From Pseudomonadota bacterium (lineage in GTDB: Bacteria; Pseudomonadota; Alphaproteobacteria; Micavibrionales; UBA2020): a stretch of DNA of 60,866 bases. Positions 36,876-47,047 of the stretch are shown here, piece after piece. How positions within the stretch are numbered: the first letter of the stretch is position 1; each line of letters opens with the position of its first letter. The position numbers and the translations under genes are program-made. The stretch spans positions 1 to 60,866 of the forward strand of contig JAJZFS010000078.1 in the NCBI GenBank assembly GCA_021805245.1. Reading direction: 5' to 3'. Below the pieces are notes generated by a model that was not told where the DNA came from, did not search any database, and saw only the letters and a list, made by a program, of their open reading frames with translations.

Positions 36876-39656
36876 TCAATGCGCCTCAGCCCAGTTCTTG
36901 CCCCAGCCGGTGCCGACTTCGAGCGGCACGCCGATGCCCAATCCCGCCGATTCCATGATCTTTTTCACCAGCGCCTCGGTCTCGGCTTTCTCCTGCACCG
37001 GAACCTCGAACAGCAATTCGTCATGCACTTGCAGCAGCATCCTCGCGCCGAGTTTCGCCTCGGCGAGCGCGGGGCGGAGCGCGATCATGGCGCGCTTCAT
37101 GATGTCCGCCGCCGTGCCCTGCAGCGGCGCGTTGATCGCCTGGCGTTCGGCGAAGCTCTTCATCGGGCCCTTGTCGTTGATGCCGCGGATAAAGCATTTG
37201 CGGCCGTAGAACGTCTTCACATAGCCGTGCTTTTTCGCGTAATTTTTCGCGTCGTCCATGAATTTTTGCAGCTCGGGGAAGCGCGAGAGATATTTCCTGA
37301 TGTAGTCCGACGCTTCCGCGGGGCTGATGCCGAGTTGCTTGGCCAATCCAAACCCGCTGATGCCGTAGATGATGCCGAAATTGACCGCCTTGGCGCGGCG
37401 GCGGATTTCCGGCGTCATGTCTTTCAGCGGCACGTCGAACACCTGCGAGGCCGTCGCGGCGTGAATGTCCACGCCGTCATGAAACGCTTTTTTGAGCGCC
37501 TTGATGTTGCCGAGTTCCGCGGCGAGGCGCAATTCGACCTGAGAATAATCGACCGATAGCAGTTCATAGCCCTTTTCGGGAATGAAGGCGGCGCGGATCA
37601 TCTTGCCGTTGTCGGTGCGGATGGGGATGTTTTGCAAATTCGGATCGGACGACGACAGCCGCCCCGTGTTCGTGCCCGCCATGGAAAAAGAAGTATGGAT
37701 GCGCCCCGTCTTCGGCGTGATCGCGGCGGGGAGGGCGTCGGCATAAGTGCTTTTCAGCTTCGACAGTTCGCGCCATTCGAGGATTTTATCGACGATCTCG
37801 TTGCCGGCGAGCTGCTCCAGCGCGTCCGCGCTTGTCGACCATGCGCCGGTCTTGGTCTTCTTGCCGCCTTCCAGCCCCATCGCGCCGAACAGCACGTCGC
37901 CCATCTGCTTGGGCGAGCCGATGTTGAAGCTCTGCCCCGCGATGTCGTAAATCTGCTTTTCGTTCTCGACGATCTGTTTGGCGAAGGAGTTGCTGAGACT
38001 TTTCAGTTCCGCCACATCGACCTTGATGCCGTTATATTCCATCTCGGCGATCACGGCGGCGAGCGGGCGCTCCAGCGTTTCATAGACCGTGACCATCTGC
38101 TCCTGCGCGAGGCGCGGCTTGAACATTTTGTGCAGTTGCAGGGTGATGTCGGCATCTTCGGCGGCGTAATCCAGCGCCTTGTCGAGCGGCACAAGGTCGA
38201 ACGTCACCTGCGCTTTGCCCCTGCCGGTCACGTCTTCGTATTTGATCGTGTCATGTTCCAGAAAAGTTTTTGCCAGCTCGTCCATGCCGTGGCCGTGCGA
38301 GGTGCCGTCCAGCACATAAGAGAGCAGCATCGTATCGTCGACCGGCGCGATTTTGATATCGTAAGGGAAGAACATCTGCATGTCGTATTTTATATTGTGC
38401 CCGATTTTCAGCACGCTCGGGTCTTCCAGCATCGGCTTCAGGAGCTTCATGGCCTTTACGATAGGGATTTGGATGAGCTCCGGCTCCGGTTCTTTTTCCT
38501 TCATCGAAAAGTCGAAGCTTTCGCTATACCCCTCGGGGTTGCGGTGCTGCAGCGGAATGTAGCAGCCGTTGCCCGCCGCCGTGGACATCGAAATGCCGAC
38601 CAGCTTTGCCCCCGCGGGCGTCAGCGATGTCGTTTCCGTGTCCACCGCGACGAAGCCCGCCTCGATCGCCATGCCGATCCATTTTTTAAGCGCGGTTTCG
38701 GTTTGCACGAGTTCGTAGCCTTGCGCTTGCGCTTTTTCGTGTTTGGCAGGTGTGGGCGCGGCCGGCGCTTCATCGTTCGCCGCGCCGAATTTCTTTTCCA
38801 TCCGCGTCAGCACGCTTTTGAAGCCCTGTTCCTGCAAAAAGGCGAAGAGTCTGGCGGTATCCGGCTTTTTGACTTTGAGGTCGGCGAGCTTGAGCGGCAC
38901 TTTGGCATGGTCGTCGAGCTTTACCAGTTGTTTTGAAATACGCGCCATCTCCGCGTTTTCGAGCAGTGCGTCGCGGCGTTTCGGTTGTTTGATTTCGCCC
39001 GCGCGTTTCAAGAGCGTTTCGAGATCGCCATATTCGTTGATCAGCAGCGCCGCCGTCTTGATGCCGATGCCGGGCACGCCGGGGACGTTGTCCGTGCTGT
39101 CCCCCGCGAGCGCCTGCACGTCCACCACCTTGTCGGGCGTGACGCCGAATTTTTCCAGCACCTCGCTTTCGCCGATATCTTTATATTTCATCGGGTCGAT
39201 CATCCGCACGCCGGGGCGGACAAGCTGCATCAGGTCTTTGTCGGAGGAAACGATGGCGACGGGGTAGCCTTTTTCGTTCGCGAGGCGGGCGTAGGCGGCG
39301 ATCAAATCGTCGGCCTCGAAGCCTTCCATCTCGATCGCGGGGATGGAAAACGCCTCCGTCGCTGCGCGGATGAGCGGAAATTGCGGGATCAGCTCCGGCG
39401 GCGTTTCGTCGCGGTTGGCTTTGTATTGGGGGTAAATGTCATTTCGGAAGTTTTTCCGCGCGGCGTCGAAGATCACCGCGATGTTCGGCACGTGCATGTC
39501 GGTAATGAGTTTGACCAGCATGTTGGTGAAGCCGAGCACGGCGTTGACCGGTGTGCCGTCAGCACGGGTGAGCGGCGGCAGGGCGTGATAGGCGCGGAAG
39601 ATAAACCCCGAGCCGTCGATGAGAAACAGTTCGTTTTTACGGTCGTTTTCGTCCAT
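36876..39656 (-). CDS. polA: DNA polymerase I
   Basis: LIDGSGFIFRAYHA 5'-3' exonuclease, DTETT 3'-5' exonuclease, DYSQVELR, RRRAKAVNFGIIYG, QVHDEL; start placed at ATG 39656. Confidence 0.98.
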   Translation of the reverse strand: MDENDRKNELFLIDGSGFIFRAYHALPPLTRADGTPVNAVLGFTNMLVKLITDMHVPNIAVIFDAARKNFRNDIYPQYKANRDETPPELIPQFPLIRAATEAFSIPAIEMEGFEADDLIAAYARLANEKGYPVAIVSSDKDLMQLVRPGVRMIDPMKYKDIGESEVLEKFGVTPDKVVDVQALAGDSTDNVPGVPGIGIKTAALLINEYGDLETLLKRAGEIKQPKRRDALLENAEMARISKQLVKLDDHAKVPLKLADLKVKKPDTARLFAFLQEQGFKSVLTRMEKKFGAANDEAPAAPTPAKHEKAQAQGYELVQTETALKKWIGMAIEAGFVAVDTETTSLTPAGAKLVGISMSTAAGNGCYIPLQHRNPEGYSESFDFSMKEKEPEPELIQIPIVKAMKLLKPMLEDPSVLKIGHNIKYDMQMFFPYDIKIAPVDDTMLLSYVLDGTSHGHGMDELAKTFLEHDTIKYEDVTGRGKAQVTFDLVPLDKALDYAAEDADITLQLHKMFKPRLAQEQMVTVYETLERPLAAVIAEMEYNGIKVDVAELKSLSNSFAKQIVENEKQIYDIAGQSFNIGSPKQMGDVLFGAMGLEGGKKTKTGAWSTSADALEQLAGNEIVDKILEWRELSKLKSTYADALPAAITPKTGRIHTSFSMAGTNTGRLSSSDPNLQNIPIRTDNGKMIRAAFIPEKGYELLSVDYSQVELRLAAELGNIKALKKAFHDGVDIHAATASQVFDVPLKDMTPEIRRRAKAVNFGIIYGISGFGLAKQLGISPAEASDYIRKYLSRFPELQKFMDDAKNYAKKHGYVKTFYGRKCFIRGINDKGPMKSFAERQAINAPLQGTAADIMKRAMIALRPALAEAKLGARMLLQVHDELLFEVPVQEKAETEALVKKIMESAGLGIGVPLEVGTGWGKNWAEAH

Positions 39657-39734
39657 GGGCGCCGCCTTCCGGAGTGCATATGTGCTGATCATGGACACTA
39701 GGATGCACGGCGGGCGAGGATGAGTCTAGAGCTT

Positions 39735-40145
39735 TTATTTCTTGCGTTTTCCACCCTTGTCGCGGCTTGCGGTGACGAGGGTGTTGATCGCGTCCACATG
39801 CGCTTTGGAGGCTTTGCCGGGCTTTTTGACGCCGCGCGGCGTCGCTTCGCCGAAGTTGCCGGTCGGTTCGCCTTTTCCGCGCAGGCTTTCGAGCAGCGCG
39901 TCGCCGAATTCGTCAATGTCGTGGTCTTTCGGATTGATCTTTTTCGGTGTTGATCTTTGCTCCGGTTTGTCGATGTGGGCGAGGGCATGGACGATAATGC
40001 TGTGCATGTGCGGGCTGACGAGGCCGTAGAGCAGGCTTTGGTCTTTTTCCAGCCACGACATCAACAGGCGTTGCGCCTTGAGGTGGTTGCCGCCGGATTT
40101 TTCCAGCGCGTCCTTGACCCGTGACAGTGCGTATTCTCTACTCAT
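39735..40145 (-). CDS. Hypothetical protein
   Basis: GGAGG RBS, host-like codon usage, between mfd and polA on the same strand. Confidence 0.7.
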   Translation of the reverse strand: MSREYALSRVKDALEKSGGNHLKAQRLLMSWLEKDQSLLYGLVSPHMHSIIVHALAHIDKPEQRSTPKKINPKDHDIDEFGDALLESLRGKGEPTGNFGEATPRGVKKPGKASKAHVDAINTLVTASRDKGGKRKK

Positions 40146-40184
40146 AAAACCCTCCCTTAAACTCGCTCAATCAAGAGTGGCATA

Positions 40185-43100
40185 TCAGCAAAGTTCCGTC
40201 AATTCCTTCAAAATTTTGTGCGTGCCGCGCAGTCGTTGCGGCAGTTCGTCCCAGGCCTTGATAATGACGAGTTTCTGGTCTTCGGGCCGCAATTTGACCG
40301 TCCCCGGTTGTTTGGAAATATACTGCACCAGCTTATTAATATTGACCTTTGTGGACTGATGGAAGGAGATGAGCGCGCCTTTCGGGCCTGCGTCAATGCG
40401 CGCTACGCCGGCGATACGGCAAAGCTGCTTGATTTCCACAAGCTTGAGCAGATTTTCCACATCATCCGGAAGCGGGCCGAAGCGGTCGATCAGCTCCGCG
40501 GCGAAGCTTTCGAGCTCCTGCTTGTTGGCAAGTTCGGCGATGCGGCGATAAATGGAAAGGCGGAGGTTGAGATCGGGGATATAATTCTCCGGAATGAGCA
40601 CCGGCATGCCGAGGTTGATTTGCGGCGACCAGTGATCGGCTTCGGGAATAATCTTGCCGCCTTCCTTGGCGGCGGCGACGGCCTCTTCCAGCATTTCCTG
40701 ATACAGCTCGACGCCGATTTCGCGGATATGGCCGGACTGTTCTTCGCCCAAAAGATTGCCTGCGCCGCGAATGTCTAGGTCGTGGCTGGCCAGCTGGAAT
40801 CCTGCGCCGAGGGAGTCGAGCTGCTCGATGGCATGGAGGCGCTGTATCGCTGACTTTGTCAGCGATTTGTTCTGCGCGTAGGTGAGGTAGGCATAGGCGC
40901 GCTGCTTGGCGCGGCCGATGCGCCCGCGGAGCTGATAAAGCTGCGCCAGGCCGAACATTTCCGCGCGATGGATGACCATGGTATTCGCATTGGGAATGTC
41001 GAGGCCGGATTCGACGATGGTGGTCGAAAGCAGAACGTCGAACGCGCCGTCGTAAAACGCGGTCATTTTTTCCTCGATGTCCTCTGCGCCCATCTGTCCG
41101 TGCGCGACGACGATTTTGAGTTCCGGCACCAGCGTGCGCAGGTCGCGCTCAAGCTCGGCAATGTCGGAGATGCGCGGGCAGACATAAAAAGATTGCCCGC
41201 CGCGGTAATGCTCGCGCATGAGCGCGTCGCGGATCACGACGGGGTCGTAAGGCAGAACGAAGGTTTTGACGGCAAGGCGGTCGATCGGCGCGGTGGCGAT
41301 GAGGCTCAGTTCCCGCACGCCCGTCAGCGCCATTTGCAATGTGCGCGGGATCGGCGTCGCGGTCAGCGTCAACACATGGACGTTTTCTTTGAGTTGTTTC
41401 AGGCGTTCTTTTTGTTTGACGCCGAATTTCTGTTCTTCATCGACGATCAGCAGGCCGAGGTTGCTGAACTTGATTTTTTTGCTCAACAGCGCATGGGTGC
41501 CGATGACGATGTTGACATCGCCTTTGGCGAGGTCTTCACGGGTCTGGTCGGCCTCCTTCGCGGAAACGAAGCGCGAGAGCAGGGCGGTTTTGACGGGGAA
41601 GCCGTGGAAGCGTTTGGCGAATGTTTGATAGTGCTGGCGGGCGAGCAGCGTGGTCGGCGCGATGAGCGCGACCTGATGCCCGCTCAAAGCAGCGACGGAG
41701 GCGGCGCGCAAGGCCACTTCCGTCTTGCCGAAGCCGACATCGCCGCAGACCAGCCTGTCCATCGCCACGTCTTTGTCGAGATCGCCGAGCGCGTCCTCAA
41801 TGGCGCGTTGCTGGTCTTCTGTTTCGGGATAGGGGAATCCGGCGGAAAATTTCTCGTAGATTTCCGGCGCAAGCTGGATGGGGTCGGAATGGCGCAAAAT
41901 CCGCGCCGCCGCGATTTTGAGCAGTTCGTTGGCGAGCGCGAGCAGGTCTTTTTTGACGCGGGCTTTGCGTGCCTGCCACGCCGCGCCGCCGAGCTTGTCG
42001 AGCACCGCACCGGCTTCCGCGGAGCCGTAGCGCGAGAGAACGTCGAGGTTTTCTACCGGCACGAACAGTTTGTCGCCGCCCGCGTATATCAGTTTTAGAC
42101 AATCATGAGGAATGTTTTCGACAACGACGGTTTCCAGCTTGTCGAACCGCCCGACGCCGTGATCCTCGTGGACGACATAATCGCCCTCATGCAGCTGGCT
42201 GATCTCGAACAGGAAGGCGTCGCTCTTCTTCTTTTTCTTGGTCGTGCGCGAGAGGCGGTCACCGAGCAAATCCTGCTCGGTCAGGACGGCGAGGTCGGCG
42301 GTTTCAAAGCCGTGTTCAAGCCCGAGGATGGCGAGGTCGTATTTTGGCGAGGTGTAAAGTCCTTGCTCTTCAAGCAGATGCTTCAGGCGGTCGCGCGATC
42401 CGAGACTATAGGCGGCGATCAAAACTTTCTTGCCCAGCGATTTGATATGCGCCGCGATGGCGGCATAAAGGTCGGCGCCGGACTGCGCGCGGACATCGCC
42501 GAAATCACGGCCCTTGCGTCCGCCCGCGTCCTCTTGTTCAGGGGGCGGCGCGAACGGTGAAAAGTCGATGGTGTCGTAAGATCCGAGTTTTTTCTCCCAT
42601 TCCGCCTGCGGCACATAGAGCAGCGCCACCGGAACGGGGCGGTATTGCGCGGGCGTATCCTTCTGCTCGGCCTTGAGCATGGAGAGCCGTGCCTGATAAA
42701 GGTCTTCGATCTGTTGCAGCCGCATGTCGCGGGCCTGTTCGGCCTGATTGTCGAGCGTGATTGTCGCTTCCGGCATATAGTCGAACAGCGTTTCGAGGCG
42801 GTCGTAATAGAGGGGCAGCCAATGTTCCAGCCCCGCGTATTTGCGGCCTTCGCTGACGGAGTCATACAGCGCGTCTTCCTTGCGCACCGCGCCGAACAGT
42901 TCACGGTATTTGGTGCGGAAGTTTTCGATTGCCTCCGGCGTGAGCAGCACTTCGGAGACGGCGTAAAGATCGAGCGTGTCTTTGTCTTCTGTCGTACGCT
43001 GGCTTAAAGCATCGAAAGCACGGATATGCTCGATCTCGTCGCCGAAAAGGTCGATGCGCAGCGGCTCCGCGGAACCGGCGGGGAAAATATCGATCAGCCC

Positions 43101-43607
43101 GCCGCGCAGGGCGAATTCTCCCGCTTCGCGCACCGTTTCCGTGCGGTGATAGCCGTTGGCGGCGAGGAAGGTTTGCAGATGACGCACGTCGAGCCGTTCG
43201 CCCCTTTTGACCGAAAATGCAGAGTTTTTGAGCAGGTCGCGCGTGGGCACGCGCTGGATGACTGCGGCAACCGTGGTGAGGACGATCAGCGGTTTGTTAC
43301 CCTGCCAGTGCATGAGGCGGGCGAGAGTTTTCAGCCGTTCGCCCACCACGTCGGACGTCGGCGAGATGCGGTCATAGGGCAGGCAGTCCCATGCCGGAAA
43401 GCGCAAGACTTCCACATCCGGCGCGAAGAAGCGCAAGGTCTCGTACATCTGCTCGAAGCGGAGGTCGTCGGAAGCGATGTGGATGACGGGATGAGGGGCT
43501 TTTTTCGCCAGCCGCCCCAAAAAGACAGAATCGTACCCCTCCGGCACGCCAAAAAGGGGGTGTCGTTTGTGGATTTGCCGTTGCGGCGCAGGGCTTGGTT
43601 CAGTCAT
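40185..43607 (-). CDS. mfd: Transcription-repair coupling factor Mfd
   Basis: UvrB-like N-terminus, VVHEDHGVG (RID), GDVGFGKTEVA, DEEQKFG, TATPIPRT, QLRGRIGR, TRCF domain. Confidence 0.98.
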   Translation of the reverse strand: MTEPSPAPQRQIHKRHPLFGVPEGYDSVFLGRLAKKAPHPVIHIASDDLRFEQMYETLRFFAPDVEVLRFPAWDCLPYDRISPTSDVVGERLKTLARLMHWQGNKPLIVLTTVAAVIQRVPTRDLLKNSAFSVKRGERLDVRHLQTFLAANGYHRTETVREAGEFALRGGLIDIFPAGSAEPLRIDLFGDEIEHIRAFDALSQRTTEDKDTLDLYAVSEVLLTPEAIENFRTKYRELFGAVRKEDALYDSVSEGRKYAGLEHWLPLYYDRLETLFDYMPEATITLDNQAEQARDMRLQQIEDLYQARLSMLKAEQKDTPAQYRPVPVALLYVPQAEWEKKLGSYDTIDFSPFAPPPEQEDAGGRKGRDFGDVRAQSGADLYAAIAAHIKSLGKKVLIAAYSLGSRDRLKHLLEEQGLYTSPKYDLAILGLEHGFETADLAVLTEQDLLGDRLSRTTKKKKKSDAFLFEISQLHEGDYVVHEDHGVGRFDKLETVVVENIPHDCLKLIYAGGDKLFVPVENLDVLSRYGSAEAGAVLDKLGGAAWQARKARVKKDLLALANELLKIAAARILRHSDPIQLAPEIYEKFSAGFPYPETEDQQRAIEDALGDLDKDVAMDRLVCGDVGFGKTEVALRAASVAALSGHQVALIAPTTLLARQHYQTFAKRFHGFPVKTALLSRFVSAKEADQTREDLAKGDVNIVIGTHALLSKKIKFSNLGLLIVDEEQKFGVKQKERLKQLKENVHVLTLTATPIPRTLQMALTGVRELSLIATAPIDRLAVKTFVLPYDPVVIRDALMREHYRGGQSFYVCPRISDIAELERDLRTLVPELKIVVAHGQMGAEDIEEKMTAFYDGAFDVLLSTTIVESGLDIPNANTMVIHRAEMFGLAQLYQLRGRIGRAKQRAYAYLTYAQNKSLTKSAIQRLHAIEQLDSLGAGFQLASHDLDIRGAGNLLGEEQSGHIREIGVELYQEMLEEAVAAAKEGGKIIPEADHWSPQINLGMPVLIPENYIPDLNLRLSIYRRIAELANKQELESFAAELIDRFGPLPDDVENLLKLVEIKQLCRIAGVARIDAGPKGALISFHQSTKVNINKLVQYISKQPGTVKLRPEDQKLVIIKAWDELPQRLRGTHKILKELTELC

Positions 43608-43667
43608 ATTGCCCTCGTTGGTTCGCGCAGGACTTGTAGCATTAAATCGGGAAAATGGCCAGCTTTT

Positions 43668-44324
43668 TCAAGCCGCTTCCTGCCGGTCGCCGAACAGCGC
43701 CGTGCCGACGCGCACGTGCGTTGCGCCGTATTTGATGGCGGTTCCGAAGTCCGCGCTCATGCCCATGCTGAGTTGTTTTAACCCCACTTCGCCCGCCAGC
43801 TTGGCGAGCAGGGCGAAGTGCAGGTCGGGCACGTCTTCTTCGGGCGGAATGCACATCAGGCCGATGATGTTCAGCTTCAACTCTTTGCAGGTTTGGTACA
43901 GCGCGGGCAGATCCTTGGGCGCGACGCCGCCTTTTTGCGGTTCCTCGCCGGTATTGACCTGAATGAAGCAGGGCAGCTCGCGGCCTTGCTTGTCCATTTC
44001 TTTGCGGAGCGCCTGGGCGAGCTCCTCGCGGTCGACGGTCTCGATCACATCAAAAAGCGCGACGGCGTTTTTGGTCTTGTTGGTTTGCAAATGGCCGATG
44101 AAGTGCAGCTGGATATCGGGATATTGTTCGCGCAAGGCGGGATATTTCTCTTCCGCCTCCTGCACGCGGTTTTCGCCGAAGACGCGCTGGCCGTCTTTTA
44201 AGAGGTTTTCGACCTTGTCCGCCGTTTGAAACTTGCTGACCGCGACCAGCGTGACGGAATCCGGCTTGCGGTCCGCCGCCTTGCAGGCCGAAATAATGTC
44301 TGCTTTGACGTCGGCCAATCCCAT
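43668..44324 (-). CDS. yggS: PLP homeostasis protein YggS
   Basis: LVAVSK, FGENRVQE, HFIGHLQTNK, GLMCIPP, LSMGMS.D, VRVGTALFG; start placed at ATG 44324. Confidence 0.95.
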   Translation of the reverse strand: MGLADVKADIISACKAADRKPDSVTLVAVSKFQTADKVENLLKDGQRVFGENRVQEAEEKYPALREQYPDIQLHFIGHLQTNKTKNAVALFDVIETVDREELAQALRKEMDKQGRELPCFIQVNTGEEPQKGGVAPKDLPALYQTCKELKLNIIGLMCIPPEEDVPDLHFALLAKLAGEVGLKQLSMGMSADFGTAIKYGATHVRVGTALFGDRQEAA

Positions 44325-44325
44325 A

Positions 44326-45753
44326 TCAGCTCCCCGTGACAGGGGTGAAGGCGGTCGGCGCGGGGTCGACGACGACAGGATGTCCTTCCTCAATCTGCAG
44401 CACGGCGAGGCCGCGCTCCGAAAGCCCGCTCGGCAGGAAGCGGAAGATGCCGTCGATGCCCGCGAAGCCGCGCGGGTTGGTGATCCGTGACGCGGTATAA
44501 GCGTCGGCATCGTCCGGCGCCGAGCGCGCCAGCACGGCGGCGAGCGCGGTCGCGTCATAGGCGAGCGAGGCGAGGCGCATCGGCGGCGTGCCGAAGTCGG
44601 CCTGATAGCGCTTCTCGAAATTGGCGCGCAGCTTCGGGTCCGGCGCGGCGAACAAACCGCCGAAAAGTCCCGGACTGTTCATCAGCGTTGAATCGTCCCA
44701 CAGGCCGGTGCCAATGAACTTGATGCCGCTCGGCGTGCGCTGTTGATACGGCGGCGCGCCCCGCGGCAGCGGCAGATATTGCGAGATGCCGTTGTCGTTC
44801 AGCGTGGTGACCAGAGAGCGCAGGCCCTCGCTGCCGATCGGCAGCACCAGCGCGTTGAAGTCAAATCCGCCGCCGCTTTTGCTCTCGCTGGCGAAATCCT
44901 GCACATAAGACGTCAGCTCGATCTGGGTTGCGGGATAGCGGTAAATGCGCACCAGATCGGCGTTGCTCTTTTGCAGCGTGTTGATGACGATGTCGGCATA
45001 TCGGGTGTCGGGCGCGAAGACGGCAATCTTGCCGAAGCCCTGACCGGCGGCATATTGCGCGACGCGTATGACCTGCGTGAAGGGCAGGAAGCCCATGACG
45101 TAGGTATCGTCTCCGGCGAGCGTCCAGTCGGTGGTGAAGGAGATGATCGGCGTGTTGGTGGGATTGACGACCGGCTTGATGGCTTTCAGGTCGCCCGCGA
45201 AAATAGGGCCGAGGATGAGCGCGCTGTGCGCGTTTATGGCTGCCTGCGCCGCGGCGATCGCGCCGGCGGAGGTGCTTTTGGTGTCGCGCGGGACGAGCTC
45301 GAAGTTGGCGCTGCCGATATCGAACAAGGCCATCTGCGCCGCGTTGAGCATCGACTGGCCGAGGCGGGACTGCGCTCCGGTCAGCGGCAGAAGAATGGAA
45401 ACGATGATTTTATGAGGCGCCGCGGGGATGGCAGGGATGGGCTGCGCCGTGACCGGCGGCGTTACAGGCGCGTTCGGGGCCGCTGCGTTCGGCATTGGCG
45501 CGGCAGAGGGGGCATTCTGAGCCGCGGGTACGGTGGCCTGCGCCTCCACGGCCTTGCTTTGGTCGGAGAGAACCTGCCGCTGCCCCGGCGTTTGCCAGCT
45601 GATGTTGGGCATTACGGCGGGATTGCTGGTGACGATGCCCGTGTTGGCGGCGGCTCCCCATGGCATGTAGTAGCTGTTGCTGGCGCAACCGCTCAGCAAC
45701 AGGGCGGAGAAAAGGGTGATCACAAGGCGGGTTTTTGCGTATACTCTCAACAA
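44326..45753 (-). CDS. Penicillin-binding protein activator (LpoA/LppC-like lipoprotein)
   Basis: LSGC lipobox, ILLPLTG, ILGPIF, SLAYDA, GFAGIDGIFRF..G..ERGLAV; divergent from rsmI. Confidence 0.85.
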   Translation of the reverse strand: MLRVYAKTRLVITLFSALLLSGCASNSYYMPWGAAANTGIVTSNPAVMPNISWQTPGQRQVLSDQSKAVEAQATVPAAQNAPSAAPMPNAAAPNAPVTPPVTAQPIPAIPAAPHKIIVSILLPLTGAQSRLGQSMLNAAQMALFDIGSANFELVPRDTKSTSAGAIAAAQAAINAHSALILGPIFAGDLKAIKPVVNPTNTPIISFTTDWTLAGDDTYVMGFLPFTQVIRVAQYAAGQGFGKIAVFAPDTRYADIVINTLQKSNADLVRIYRYPATQIELTSYVQDFASESKSGGGFDFNALVLPIGSEGLRSLVTTLNDNGISQYLPLPRGAPPYQQRTPSGIKFIGTGLWDDSTLMNSPGLFGGLFAAPDPKLRANFEKRYQADFGTPPMRLASLAYDATALAAVLARSAPDDADAYTASRITNPRGFAGIDGIFRFLPSGLSERGLAVLQIEEGHPVVVDPAPTAFTPVTGS

Positions 45754-45765
45754 AGGAAGGTCTCC

Positions 45766-46653
45766 ATGGTGCGTAAGACGGTTTTAGACACAGATTCGGA
45801 CTTGCCGGCGGGGCTGTACATTATAGCCACGCCGATCGGCAATATAGAAGACATCACTTTACGTGGCCTGAGGATATTAGGAAAGGCGGATCTCATCGCT
45901 TGTGAGGATACGCGCGTATCCGGAAAGCTTACATCTTTTTACGATATTTCCACGCCGAAAACGCCTTATCACGACCATAATGCCGACGCGGCGCGGCCAA
46001 AGCTGCTCGCCATGCTGCGCGAAGGCAAGCGGATTGCATTGATTTCGGACGCCGGCATGCCGCTGGTTTCCGATCCCGGCTATAAACTTGTGGCGGCCTG
46101 CGCGGCGGAGGGTATTCCCGTGACCTGCGTTCCGGGAGCGTCTGCGTCGCTTGCCGCGCTCGCTTTGTCGGGGTTGCCGACGGACAAGTTTATGTTTGCG
46201 GGATTTTTACCGGTGAAACCGGCGGCGCGGCGTACGGCTCTGGCCGAACTCAAGGGCGTGCCGGCCACGCTGATTTTTTACGAAACAGGGCCGCGGCTGG
46301 AAAAAAGTTTGCAGGATATGCTGGAGGTTCTGGGAGATCGTCCGGCTGCCGTAGCGAGAGAATTAACAAAGAAATTTGAAGAAGTTAAAAGAAATACTTT
46401 ATCTAATTTATTAGAAATTTATGCGGGCGGCGGAGAGACGCGCGGCGAGATCGTCATTGTCGTCGGCGCGCCGGAAGAAGGCAGCTCAGGGGCATGGACG
46501 GAGGCAGATATCGATGCGCTACTGCTTGACATGATCAAAGGACAGGACATGAGCGTTAAAGACGCGGCTGCTTATGTAAGCGCGAAATCCGGCCTGAAAA
46601 AACGCGACGTTTACCAGCGCGCGCTGCTCCTGAACAAAAAGGAAGATAATTGA
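45766..46653 (+). CDS. rsmI: 16S rRNA C1402 2'-O-methyltransferase RsmI
   Basis: LYIIATPIGN.EDIT.R, CEDTR, ISDAGMPLVSDPG, ARELTKKFEE; start at ATG 45766. Confidence 0.96.
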   Translation: MVRKTVLDTDSDLPAGLYIIATPIGNIEDITLRGLRILGKADLIACEDTRVSGKLTSFYDISTPKTPYHDHNADAARPKLLAMLREGKRIALISDAGMPLVSDPGYKLVAACAAEGIPVTCVPGASASLAALALSGLPTDKFMFAGFLPVKPAARRTALAELKGVPATLIFYETGPRLEKSLQDMLEVLGDRPAAVARELTKKFEEVKRNTLSNLLEIYAGGGETRGEIVIVVGAPEEGSSGAWTEADIDALLLDMIKGQDMSVKDAAAYVSAKSGLKKRDVYQRALLLNKKEDN

Positions 46654-46997
46654 TGGCAGAAACATCTCATAGCAAGGGCTTATTGGCTGAACTTAAAGCA
46701 AGATCTTACTTGCGCTCCAAGGGGTTCCGTATCCTCACAAAAAGATTTAAAACTCCACTTGGGGAAATTGATTTTATTGCGCAAGATGGCAAGATTCTCA
46801 TCTTCGTTGAAGTGAAACTGCGCAAAACCAAGGAAGCGGCAGCGGAAGCCATTGATAAGAAGAACAAAAAACGCGTGCGCAACGCGGCGGAACTTTACCT
46901 TCAGCAGCATCCGGAGTACAATGACTTCGAGATGCGGTTTGATGCCCTGATCCTCGCGCCTGGTGCCTGGCCAGAGCATATTCCGGACGCTTTTTGA
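46653..46997 (+). CDS. yraN: YraN family protein (UPF0102)
   Basis: GEIDFIA, FVEVK.R, RFD, HIPDAF. Confidence 0.92.
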   Translation: MAETSHSKGLLAELKARSYLRSKGFRILTKRFKTPLGEIDFIAQDGKILIFVEVKLRKTKEAAAEAIDKKNKKRVRNAAELYLQQHPEYNDFEMRFDALILAPGAWPEHIPDAF

Positions 46998-47047
46998 TAA
47001 ATCATCGTTCAAAAGGCCTTGGGGAAGGTCGTTCGCGAGGGGGAGAA

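Noticed and set aside
44743-45765. Apparent 341-aa N-terminal extension of RsmI (and the extended starts of yggS, envC and rimP in the ORF track)
   Set aside because: The extensions overlap neighbouring genes or leader hairpins; better starts lie at the family-typical positions
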